In this document: positions 46,541-56,700 of the stretch, piece after piece
Layout: each line of letters begins with the position of its first letter
Numbering within the stretch: the first letter of the stretch is position 1
Assembly: GCA_003142935.1 (NCBI GenBank)
Contig: PLOG01000085.1
Coordinates: 59,613-122,638, forward strand
Length of the DNA stretch: 63,026 nt
Source of the DNA: Acidobacteriaceae bacterium
Lineage (GTDB): Bacteria; Acidobacteriota; Terriglobia; Terriglobales; Acidobacteriaceae
Reading direction: 5' to 3'
Notes under the pieces: generated by a model
What the model was told of the DNA's origin: nothing
Database searches by the model: none
The model's input: only the letters and a program-made list of their open reading frames with translations
Translations under genes and position numbers: made by a program

Positions 46541-47869
46541 TCACAGATGCGGCGCCCAGCCCTTCTCGTACTCGCGTGACCACATCTTCATCGCTTGAGC
46601 GTCGTTCTGAATCGTCCCGTCGCCGGGGTCAAGCTGCAACTCCCGGTTCAGCTCCCATGCGATATTGGAGAGTTGAAGCATTGTGACGACGATGTTTCCT
46701 TGTGAGATAGGAGCGTGGAGCTTCTCTCCCTTGCGGATTGCCGCGATAAAGTTGGCGAAGTGGGCAACCGTTGGGGCGTCTCCGTCGAACTTGTCATAGA
46801 ACGGCGTCGTGTCGTCGTCCTTGAACACGCCCGTCCTGGTTCCCTTGAGATCGTAGACATCGTAGCCGCTCCCGCCATCGCCATAAATAAATACCGAGCC
46901 CTCGGTCCCCATGACGGTCAGCCCCGAAGTGTGGTCGTAGTACTTCATCCCGTTGCATGATTTGCCTTCCCAGGAAATCATCTTATCGCCGTAATCGAAG
47001 CTGGTTACCAGTGTGTCATAAAACTGCCAGTCATCCTTGAACTGGTATCTTCCGCCCGACGCCGTAACGCTCTTCGGATAATCCACTTCCAGCGCCCAGC
47101 GGCATAAATCGATGCTATGTGTACCGTTGTTCAGTGTCTCGCCCGTACCCCAGTGTTTAAACCAGTGCCAGTTATAGGGATGAATATTATCCATATATGG
47201 CCTCCGTGGCGCAGGTCCCTGCCACAGATCCCAATCGAGCTCGGCCGGCACGGGCGCTTCCTTGCCGATGCCGATTGACTTTCTCGTGTTGCCGTACCAG
47301 CCTTTGGCGAAATAGGCCCTGCCGATGAGTCCGTTGTGTATCTTATCGATGGCTTCCATTGTGCGCAGGCACGATCGCTGCTGTGTGCCCTGCTGCACGT
47401 GCTTTTGGTACTTCTGCTGAGCCTGCACCAACATCGCGCCCTCGGCAGGGTTATGGCTGCATGGCTTTTCAACGTAAACGTGCTTGCCCGCCTCGAGGGC
47501 AGCGATCGCAAGCGGCGTGTGCCAGTGATCCGGAGTGGCGATCGTGACGGCATCCACGTCCTTTTGCTGAAGGACGGAGCGAAAGTCCTTGTCGCTCGCG
47601 GGAGCATATCCCAGTTCATGTTCGGCGATACCGGCAAACTTGGCCAGAATCGTGCTGTCCACATCGCACACATGCGAAACACGGGCGGCATCCTTATTCG
47701 CCATGAGTGCAGCAAGATGGGCATAGCCGCGCCAACGCAGGCCCATGATAGCAAAGTTCAGGCGATCATTCGAACCGAGAATCTGGCCGTAGCTCTTTGC
47801 GGTGGAACCGATAGCCAAACCTGCCGCCCCTGCGGCAAGCGTATCAAGGAATTCGCGTCGATTAATCAA
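46541..47869 (-). CDS. Tat-exported Gfo/Idh/MocA-family oxidoreductase
   Basis: INRREFL Tat motif, SNDRLNFAIMG, ATPDHWH, VYVEKP, LDWDLWQGPAP and NGTHSID motifs. TTG start at 47869. Confidence 0.9.
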   Translation of the reverse strand: MINRREFLDTLAAGAAGLAIGSTAKSYGQILGSNDRLNFAIMGLRWRGYAHLAALMANKDAARVSHVCDVDSTILAKFAGIAEHELGYAPASDKDFRSVLQQKDVDAVTIATPDHWHTPLAIAALEAGKHVYVEKPCSHNPAEGAMLVQAQQKYQKHVQQGTQQRSCLRTMEAIDKIHNGLIGRAYFAKGWYGNTRKSIGIGKEAPVPAELDWDLWQGPAPRRPYMDNIHPYNWHWFKHWGTGETLNNGTHSIDLCRWALEVDYPKSVTASGGRYQFKDDWQFYDTLVTSFDYGDKMISWEGKSCNGMKYYDHTSGLTVMGTEGSVFIYGDGGSGYDVYDLKGTRTGVFKDDDTTPFYDKFDGDAPTVAHFANFIAAIRKGEKLHAPISQGNIVVTMLQLSNIAWELNRELQLDPGDGTIQNDAQAMKMWSREYEKGWAPHL

Positions 47870-48133
47870 CTTGTCTCTCCATCGGATCGCTCGATCTTCC
47901 TCTTCTTTGCAAGGTAACGACGAGAAATCCGTTGCGGCACCAAGTATATACAACAAATCCGTTACTGTGCTTGAGAACTCGGCGCACGCGGTTTGCCTCA
48001 TTGACGCCCCGTCTTCTTGACGCTCTCTTGATCCAGGTGCAACGATCTATTTGGATTCGGAACCGTCAAATGAATTGCGCCGGGATTCGGCCACTCACTA
48101 AGGGCGTTATGCAAGAAGGGAAAGGCGCAAACC

Positions 48134-48463
48134 ATGACTGATAAGTCGATTTCAGGGCCTGATCGCAGACTTTTCGTGAAGCAGGCAGCGGGAACCATGC
48201 TCGCGGCGGGAATGGACGCCCGTTCCTATGCGCGGGTATTGGGCGCGAACGACCGCATCCGCCTGGCCCAACTGGGATGCGGAGCGCGCAGTCATGGGCA
48301 TGTGCACATGGTTCAGTTGGCCTCACGGAAACTGCCGGTTGAAACAGTTGCCGTATGCGACATTTGGAGCCTGGCGCGAGAGCGTCGCGCGGCCCAGGTC
48401 AAGGAAGTCTTCAATCTGGATCCGAAATCCTATAAGTACTCCGAGGATCTGCTTGCCCGCAAC
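48134..48463 (+). pseudogene. Truncated Gfo/Idh/MocA oxidoreductase (about 110 N-terminal codons only)
   Basis: Tat leader, GANDRIRLAQLGCG, VAVCDIW and YSEDLLAR. Homology ends just before the expected D.V.IAT / EKP motifs; the ORF runs on in unrelated sequence to 48571. Confidence 0.8.
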
Positions 48464-48665
48464 GTTTTCGGTCACGGATTACGTGTGCCTGAGCTTTTCG
48501 GCGGAGCCAACGAACATAGGCACTCTCGGTACATTTCCCGTCCAGGCAAGAAGGCAAACCATAGAGCTTAGTTGGTGCAGGTTGCGGCATTTTCGTATTC
48601 CTATCTCGGGGCGAGTCCGGCCTCAAGTGCGAGCGCAATCCACACTCGCCCCCGTTCTGGCGTAC

Positions 48666-51600
48666 TCACGGCAACGGCCATTGCGGGATAGCGTCGTCAA
48701 TTTCATCCATGAGCCGCTGCGTTTCAATCAGCACCACCACGATTTGCTGCCAGTGCTGAGTGTCGTCATAGCTCAGCTTCCGGTCTTTGCGGTCCTTCAG
48801 CCACTTCTCGCAAACCGGATAGCCGCCAATGCAGCTTGACCAGACGTGCTCCGGGACATTTGTGAAATGCTGCGTGTCGTTGATCCAAACACTATGACTC
48901 TCTTGCACGTACTCAACGCGGTCAACACGATTGTCCCCCTCAACCGGGAAGCCAGTCACCAGCGTGCCGAGTTGCGGGCACTCATCCAGCCGGAAAAGAT
49001 GCAAAGCAACGAGTTCGCGGCCCTTCGTGCTGAGTGAGCGAAACAGTTCCAAGTCTGACGTGAGCGGAACGCGCGGGAAGTCGCGCTTCAGAAAGTCAAA
49101 GTAAGTGGACTGGAATCCGGGCGAATGGAAAACTGCATAGATGTAGTGGAAGATGTCCTCAGCCGTAATGTCATTCGGCAATAACGTGTACGCGTCTTGC
49201 GGCAACCCGAGCTTATGTGCCAAAGCCTGCAAGAACGAATCGGAGAGATTGGGACGCCGCGCGAAGAGACCGTCGTTGCCTGCACCCGCGCCGTCATAGC
49301 GCCACAGCGGGAACACCGTGGAGCCGTCTTTCAATTCCACATAGACCGCCGGTGCGGGCTTGTCACTCACCAAGGCATGTCTCCATTGTTGGCCCTTTGT
49401 CTGCCGGACTGTATTCAGACAGAGGTTTTGACGCCCCGCTACGTGCTGAAGAAGTTCCTTGCGCGGATAGTCCATCGTGGCGTACCCGAATAGACTCCAA
49501 CGAGTGTCGAAGGGTCTATATGCAACTTCGCGGATTGTATCTTCCCAATGCTTGTTGTCCTTCAGGCGCTTCCGCTCATCTGCGAGTTTCCAATCCCGAT
49601 TATCTTTGATGTCATAATTGGTGCGCAGTTCATCATCTGGTGCACTGCCTCTCATGTCTTTGGCGCGTTCCACGATTGAGGCTTTCTCGAACGCAATGGC
49701 GAAGTGGTCCCGGTGAGATTGAAACCCGAGTACAGAGACAGGAAAGACTTGCGTGACGCTTATCCCTTCGGCGTATTCCGCTGCCCGTTCCTTCATCTTC
49801 GGAACGAAGAGATAATCGGGAGTGGCGGGGGTAAGTTCCGCCCAAGTCGTCTTGGTCACGTCCGACGATTGGAGCGCCACATACTTAGCCGTTCTGTTGC
49901 CCCACAAGTCAGCGTGATACACCCGGCATGAGCTTGAGTGCACCGGCTTGCGGACGGCAAGGAGAATGGCTACTCCCTGTTGAATGTCAAAGACGTTTTC
50001 ATCCTTCTCCCCGCCCGGCGCAACTTCCTTTTTCTTCGAGTTCCCGTGCAAATCATAAACGTGAATCTCGTCAAAGCTGCTCATTAAGTTTTGGCGCATA
50101 CCCCGGAACGTTGGATTGTCGAGATAGCTGTGATTTGTGATGAACGCAAGAATCCCGTGTTTAGGCTCAACCGTTTCAATGCGCCATTGAGAGAAGCGGA
50201 TGAACTTTACATAATCATCTTGGAGCCACTTTGGATTCCGTTCCCCAAGGCTCCCACCGTCTACCTTCTTGTAGTCTTCGATCAACCCACCAATGAACGT
50301 GAGGTTTTGGCCCGAGTCCCGGCTTCGGTTGGCTGAGTGACCTGAGTATGGCGGATTACCGAGTATCACAAGAATGGGCTTATCAGCCTTCACGTGCGCG
50401 GCATCATCGGCCTCTTTTGAGATAGCTTGCGCCACCAGCAATTCACTCTTTTTTGCTGCTTTCTCAAGGGTGTTTGTGAGATAAATCCCGAGACGCTCCC
50501 CGTCTTTGAACTTGAATCCCTTGGTCTCTTCCAACTCCAGGGCCAACTTCAAATGCGCGATGGAGTACGGAGCCATCAGGAGTTCAAAGCCGAATATGCG
50601 ATTGAGCAAATGGTCATGCACGTAAGAAGGCCATGCACCTTCTTGCCCGGCCATGACCTCTTTAATTTGCCGGATCACAAAAAACAAAAATGTGGCGGTG
50701 CCAGTAGCAGGATCAAGAACAATGGTGCTTTCATCAGCGAGACCTTTTGTCTTCCCAAAATGTGACTTGAGCATCGAATGGACTGAGCGCACGATGTACT
50801 GCACAACAGCTTCGGGCGTGTAGTAGACGCCGCGTGTCTCACGCAAGTCGGGATCATATGCGGCAAGGAATGTCTCATAGAAATGGACAACGGGATCGTC
50901 TTGGCCCGTTGCGTGCCCAAAGTCTGCAATGATGCCGCCGATGTCAGCGTGTGCAAGCAATCGTATAAGGTCGTCCACGGCCCACGCGAAGACATCGGGC
51001 ATTTCAGGACCGGCCATCTGCGAAAATATGGACCGCAAGAAAGGATTCGATTTTGGAATGCCGAGGAGGGCGGTTTCGCGGCTGAATTTCTGGTGGGGAA
51101 TCTTCGCCGTTTGCATACGCGCTGCGAACAGGCCATAAGCAAGCGTCTGTGCGAACATATCGGCAAACTCGTCCTCTTTGAGTTCTGGAATCAGGACTTG
51201 CCGAATACTAGCTACCCAATGATTGAGCCAAGCGATGTCTTCGTGTGACCCGTGGTGAAAGGTGCTTTCGATGGCTTCTCGCAAGAGGTGCGTTGTGCCT
51301 GCCATGCGCTGTGCAAGCTCTTTCGCATTGTCGATGGTGATTGCAGGTTGAAGCAGGAGTGCTCGTAGAAGCTCGTGGACATCCTGCTCGCCACCAGGGA
51401 TGGCCTTTAGCTTGTTGTTTCCTTCGAGTGTTGCCAACGTCGCACTCTTGCGAATTTCCCCGGCAACGTACCAATCGAAGCGAAGGTAATCTGTAAGCAC
51501 CCAGTTGGGAAGACCATCTCTGTAGCGGACGAATTGTTTGCCGTGTGGTCCGCGCCCCCTCTCCACCTCATCAAGATTGGTCCCAATATCCTTCGTCTCA

Positions 51601-51803
51601 ATGTGCCCGATGGGAACTCCGCCCTTCCTCAAGCTGAGATCGGGAGCGCCGCAAGCAATGCGCTGAGCTTCATTCACCGAATCCACATCCGGCGCAATCG
51701 CCTTCAACAGAGTTTGCAGCGCGGCACGGTGGGTGTGCTCGGTGGAGTCCCCGTGGGCAAGGTTGTGCTTCAAAGTCTTGAGGTATTCCTGATAAGGCTG
51801 CAT
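48666..51803 (-). CDS. Fused restriction-modification enzyme (Type IIG/IIL-like): PD-(D/E)xK nuclease + N6-adenine MTase + Type ISP-like C-terminal specificity domain
   Basis: GAPDL...GHIETKD, GVYYTP, LDPATGTATF, GNPPY, WLQDDYVKFIRF and DLHGN...DENVFDIQQGV. No helicase motifs. Start moved to the ATG at 51803. Confidence 0.88.
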   Translation of the reverse strand: MQPYQEYLKTLKHNLAHGDSTEHTHRAALQTLLKAIAPDVDSVNEAQRIACGAPDLSLRKGGVPIGHIETKDIGTNLDEVERGRGPHGKQFVRYRDGLPNWVLTDYLRFDWYVAGEIRKSATLATLEGNNKLKAIPGGEQDVHELLRALLLQPAITIDNAKELAQRMAGTTHLLREAIESTFHHGSHEDIAWLNHWVASIRQVLIPELKEDEFADMFAQTLAYGLFAARMQTAKIPHQKFSRETALLGIPKSNPFLRSIFSQMAGPEMPDVFAWAVDDLIRLLAHADIGGIIADFGHATGQDDPVVHFYETFLAAYDPDLRETRGVYYTPEAVVQYIVRSVHSMLKSHFGKTKGLADESTIVLDPATGTATFLFFVIRQIKEVMAGQEGAWPSYVHDHLLNRIFGFELLMAPYSIAHLKLALELEETKGFKFKDGERLGIYLTNTLEKAAKKSELLVAQAISKEADDAAHVKADKPILVILGNPPYSGHSANRSRDSGQNLTFIGGLIEDYKKVDGGSLGERNPKWLQDDYVKFIRFSQWRIETVEPKHGILAFITNHSYLDNPTFRGMRQNLMSSFDEIHVYDLHGNSKKKEVAPGGEKDENVFDIQQGVAILLAVRKPVHSSSCRVYHADLWGNRTAKYVALQSSDVTKTTWAELTPATPDYLFVPKMKERAAEYAEGISVTQVFPVSVLGFQSHRDHFAIAFEKASIVERAKDMRGSAPDDELRTNYDIKDNRDWKLADERKRLKDNKHWEDTIREVAYRPFDTRWSLFGYATMDYPRKELLQHVAGRQNLCLNTVRQTKGQQWRHALVSDKPAPAVYVELKDGSTVFPLWRYDGAGAGNDGLFARRPNLSDSFLQALAHKLGLPQDAYTLLPNDITAEDIFHYIYAVFHSPGFQSTYFDFLKRDFPRVPLTSDLELFRSLSTKGRELVALHLFRLDECPQLGTLVTGFPVEGDNRVDRVEYVQESHSVWINDTQHFTNVPEHVWSSCIGGYPVCEKWLKDRKDRKLSYDDTQHWQQIVVVLIETQRLMDEIDDAIPQWPLP

Positions 51804-52016
51804 CGTGGTCAGCGTAGGGCACTCCGTTTCGATTGTTCGCAGTTCCACACCTATGCTAAGCGGAGAAACCCACGAGTGGGCATTGTCGAATCCAGGCTCT
51901 AAACATCGCTTCCTGAAAATGAGCAATCAGCGGAGATTTTATGGAGCAGAAAAAGGCGAAAATGCTTGCTAAAAATGACCCCTTGGGCCATACTATTCAG
52001 CACCGGGAGATTTGCT

Positions 52017-52114
<98 letters not shown>

Positions 52115-52361
52115 AACATGGGTTGCGGATGCGTATCGATGGGGCGCGGCCTGGCGCGTTTTACCCCTTGATTGCGCTCCAACCAGTGTAGCAGAATCCG
52201 GCTCGATAGAAATCTGGCTCGATTGATCGGATGACCAGTCACCGCGGCAGCGGCGGCCTGGGCCCCTGCCTCCACTCGCTTTTCGCCGCATGGCAAAACG
52301 GATCTCTCCATGAAGGCGAACCATGAACGCAAGCGCCCCTTTTCGGCCGGCGGGTTTTGTC

Positions 52362-53018
52362 TTAGTCGCTTTTCCCTGCGCCGTTATCCAGGCCCACCGG
52401 CAAGTCCAGAGCCACCAGGGCAAACCGTGTCTCACCGTTTTTGGGGTTCTCGAAGCCAATAATATGCTGGTGGCGTTTGGAACCGGCCTTCAGCTCCAGG
52501 CCGTTATCGCTGGAACCATAATCGCTGCGATCGATCTGCACATTGTGGCCCTTGTCATTGGCGCAGGTCAGCCCCTCCGAAGTCGCCACTGGCGTGCCCA
52601 CCGGCGTATTCCCCTGGCAGGTAATCACATCGCCGTAGCGGGCCAGCGCCTTCTTGTAAAAAGCAACCACCTGATCCTGTTTGTCGGGAGTGGTATAGGA
52701 GACCACCCTCACCCGAAGCTCCCACTCGCCAAAACCCAGGTGCACGTCCGCGGACTTGTGCTTATCGTCATCGCTCACGGTCTGGGCGCCAGGATAAACC
52801 GGAAGACCCAGATCGGCAGCAGTGGTCTGGTTTGTATTCACATGCACGCCGCCAAAAGGCGTGTCCACCTTGACGTTCTTGTCCTCGCCGTTAGCGTCCT
52901 TATCCACCTGCACTCTGCAACCGGCAATCATGGCGAGCACCACCAGGCCTGCGAGCAAGCCACTGGTCCTGCCTATCCCGTTCACCGTCGAGTTTCGAAG
53001 CATGGTTTTCACCCTCAT
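52362..53018 (-). CDS. Hypothetical lipoprotein
   Basis: Hydrophobic segment ending in lipobox-like IAGC; coherent 218-aa ORF. Confidence 0.7.
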   Translation of the reverse strand: MRVKTMLRNSTVNGIGRTSGLLAGLVVLAMIAGCRVQVDKDANGEDKNVKVDTPFGGVHVNTNQTTAADLGLPVYPGAQTVSDDDKHKSADVHLGFGEWELRVRVVSYTTPDKQDQVVAFYKKALARYGDVITCQGNTPVGTPVATSEGLTCANDKGHNVQIDRSDYGSSDNGLELKAGSKRHQHIIGFENPKNGETRFALVALDLPVGLDNGAGKSD

Positions 53019-53069
53019 GCCCAGTTATACGCCGGGAATAGCCGAATGGTTCCGTGAATCGAGGGGAGA

Positions 53070-53177
53070 CTAGTGTGTCGAGTGGCCGTCTTCCTTGGTG
53101 CTGGTAGCGAACAGAATCGACACCACAAAGACGACAACAATCACGGGAACGACGAAGAACGGGGAAGTTATATCCAT
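53070..53177 (-). CDS. Small single-TM protein, 35 aa (not in the ORF track)
   Basis: MDITSPFFVVPVIVVVFVVSILFATSTKEDGHSTH*, with AGGAG 8 nt upstream of the ATG. Confidence 0.55.
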   Translation of the reverse strand: MDITSPFFVVPVIVVVFVVSILFATSTKEDGHSTH

Positions 53178-53609
53178 CGCGCGGGCTCCTGGCTGCTTTC
53201 AGCTTACCAAAAATCGGGCTCAATTTCTTTCACGCCTTTGCCGGCGAAGAAACCGGCGCAATTCCCTAGTCTGCTGCGCCCAGAAGTGCCTGGGTTTCTG
53301 CGAAAACAACGAAAATGAAGGCCAAAATCTCTCAAATTGGGTCAAAATCGTGCCTCGTTGATTACTGTTTAGTTATTAGTTAATTATCTATATACTGTTT
53401 ATTATCAATAGATTACTGGAACAAATGGCTCTGAAAATCGTAGAAAAAGGGAGGGGTACGGGGGGTAGCGTCTCCCTTTCGGAGGCAGGTCTTTGGACAA
53501 GGCATCTCATGCAACTATTCTGCGCCGGCGGACACGAATTTACTGCAAACGGGGTGGCCCCTGAGAGGTAGGCTTTCGGAATTTACCACTGAAAGCAGCA
53601 CTGTCTCCG

Positions 53610-53668
53610 CAGGGGCTAAAAGCCCACGTCAATTCTTGGAGTCTTATGGCACGACTGAAGTCGTGCCC
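53610..53668. repeat. REP-like unit
   Basis: CAGGGGCTAAAAGCCC (53610-53625) plus GGCACGACTGAAGTCGTGCCC (53648-53668). Confidence 0.75.
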
Positions 53669-53713
53669 TGACACATTGCCACACCGTTGAATTACTTATT
53701 CATGCGCACTGCC

Positions 53714-56700
53714 TTACTGCTTCGGCCCTCCTTTGGGATAATCCACCCGAATGGTCAGAATCTCATAGGGATGAATCGGCGCCTTCACTTGATCGCCCTC
53801 AACCGGCAGCGGACTCCCCTCGGGCGTCTCCATCAGGTTGGTCACTGTGGCTCCGGTCGCCCCGGCAGGCACGTGGAACTCCACGGTCGCGCTCTTCCCT
53901 GCCCACTCATAGACACGGAAGATAAGTCCGTTCTCGTCTTCGGCCTTCTTCACTGCGGTCAGCACCACATTGTCCGGCTCGACCGATGCAAACGAGTGCT
54001 CGGCCGGCAGCGCGCCCGCATGGGCCGTCGTCACCACTGCCGTAAGCGGATAGTCGTACTCCCATCCATGGCGCACGGTGAGCGCATCAGCCCAAGTCCC
54101 CGCATGGGGATAGAGCGCGTAGTGGAAATGATGATGCCCCTGGTCGGCTTCCGGATCGGGCCATGTGGGCGAGCGCAGCAGCGTGAGCCGCAGCATGTTG
54201 CCCACCGCATCGTATCCATATTTTGTCTGGTTCAGCACGCTCAGGCCGTGAGCGCCGTCGCCAAGATCGGCCCAGCGCATCGCCGGAACCTCAAACTGCG
54301 CCTTCTCCCAACTGTTGGCGCGTGTAGTCGGCCGCTCGATGGAACCGTATGGAATTTCGTATGTAGCAAAGCCGCTGGAAGCCGCCAGCGGAAACGCCGC
54401 CTTCAGCAGAACATGCCGCTCATGCCAGTCGATGTCGTTTTCGACATCCACGATGTCGCCCTTCAGGCTGATCGTCTGCACAAACTTCGAACTCTGCCAG
54501 GTGTAGCTCACGCGCACTGCCGGTGAACCATTGGCCTTGGCTGCCTCAACCGAAACCGCCTTAGCGATGGTCGCCGGCGGCTGATCGAGTGTGCCTGGGT
54601 CGACGTTCCACGCGTCGTAATCCTTTGGCGTGTCTTTGAAGAACTGAAGCTGGTTGCCGCAAGCTCCCGGCGCCAGGTTCTCAAAGCCCTTCTCGACAAC
54701 GCTGGTGATGCAGCCGGTGGTTTGGTCTACAGCAACTTTCAGGGTTTCGTTCAGGAGTATCAGCTTGCCCGCCGCCTTCATCACCGGCCGTTGAGGAGCA
54801 GCCGCCTGCGCCGGCGAAGTTGCAATTTCGATCAGCTTGTAGCCCATCGCCGGCACATCGGGAACGTGAATTTGGAGGTCGGCGACTCCGGTCTTGGCAT
54901 CCATGCTCACAACTCTGCATTCAGCGCCGCCTTGCTCCGCGACGCTCGGAACGCCGCCACCCTCGATGGAGGGCAACTGCACCTTCACGTCCACGTCACC
55001 CGATCGAGTCCATCCGAGAGGGTTCAAAACCAACACCGGAATTCCCGTGCCCTCGGTATCGACATTCTCCGCCACTCTAGCCAGCGCCTTGGCCGAAATC
55101 TCGTTCGTCGACCAGCGCACCACGTCGTAATCTTTCTGCGCATCTTTATAGATGACGCCGATTCCCGACCCCGCCGCCAGATCGTGGAACTGGTTGAACA
55201 GCACCTTCTTCCAGTCCTCGGTCAACTCCTCGCCTGGATATTTCTTCCCATCCAGCCAAGCCAGCGACGCCCACTTCTCAGCGTTCAGGACCTGCTCTTC
55301 GCTATTCCGCATGTTGGCTTTGTGGTTGGCCTGGGTGGTCATCACGCCGCGGTGATACTCAAAGTAGAGTTCGCTCTTCCAGGTAGGAATTGAAACCTTG
55401 TCCGGCACAGCCGGAGGCGGCGTATATCCCTTCGCAATCGACTGGTAATTCCACGTCGGGCTATCGGCCGCAACCTTCGTTTCCACCGCCGAGAAGAAAC
55501 TCTGCGCCGTTCCGAACTCATACTTCGGCGTCACATGATTCGGCCCCGCCCAATGGAAGCCTTCGTCCAGGATCGCCCTCGTCGGGCCTCCGCCGTGATC
55601 GCCGATGCCGTAGAGGTCCAGCAACTCCGTCAGGCCCGGCGAATGCTCGCGCGCTTTCACCAGATCGTCCGCAAGCCGCACTGGGTTCAGCGTCGTATTC
55701 ACGTAGTCGTGCGGAAAATAGGCCAGCACCTTCGACCCGTCCGGCGACTCCCACCAAAACAGCTTGAACGGCAGTTGATTGGTGTCGTTCCAGGTCATCT
55801 TCTGGGTCACAAAATAGTCGATGCCGCTCTTCTTGTAGATCTGCGGCAACTGCCACGTATAGCCGAACGAATCCGGATTCCATCCAATTCGCACATCCAC
55901 GCCGTAGGCCTGCTTATACCAGCGCTTGCCCACCAGCAATTGCCGCACCAGCGACTCGCCATCCGGCATATTCAAGTCCGGTTCCACCCACATGCCGCCC
56001 ACAATCTCCCAGCGCCCTTCCTTGATGCGCTGCGCAATCTCGGCATTGATGTCCGGATACTTCTGCGCAATCCACTCGTTGTATGCCGCGGCCGATTGCG
56101 TGTAGTCGTAATCCGGATACTCATACATAAGTTGCAGCGCGGTCGAGAAGGTGCGTTTCACCACGTCCACCGTCTCGGTCCACGGCCAAAGCCACGCAGC
56201 GTCGATGTGCGCATTGCCGTCGAGATGGAAGGTCGCCTGACGCAGCAGCGGCTTCAGGTCCTCGATCCTCGATTGCGCTGTCTTCAAGCTCGCGTCAAAC
56301 GCAGCCTGATCGTGCGCATCCAGCGCGGCCAGGTCCACGGCGGCAATGGCGCTGTTCAGCTTCATAAGCTTCGGCTCCTCACCGGGCGCAAGCGAGGGAA
56401 GCAGCAGCGCGGCGGCCAGAATCTCCTCGCGCAGATCTTCCGGATTCGGCCTCCCCTCGGCGTACTCGATGCGCATGGTCACGCCGCGAAAGGTCTTCGT
56501 ATCTTCGGTGTGCAGTGCCTTCACGGCCACGGTCACCGACTCTCCGGGCTTCGCCTTGTCGAACAGAACCACCGGCTCCAGATCCTCGCCCAATGCCACT
56601 CGGCGGCCATTGAAGTAGAGAATCTCCGGCATGGGACCATTGCCCTCGAGACGAATCTGGAACCAGATGCGCGCCCCGCTCAAGTCATAACCGTTCAGTG

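Noticed and set aside
47925-47963. AAATCCGTT direct repeat 30 bp apart in the divergent Gfo/Idh/MocA promoter region
   Set aside because: Only two copies of 9 bp with no other support; too weak to call an operator.
48461-48665. attR duplicate of the tRNA-Pro 3' end
   Set aside because: No copy of CTCCCCGACCA/TGGTCGGGGAG in this gap, so an intact integrated element cannot be claimed.
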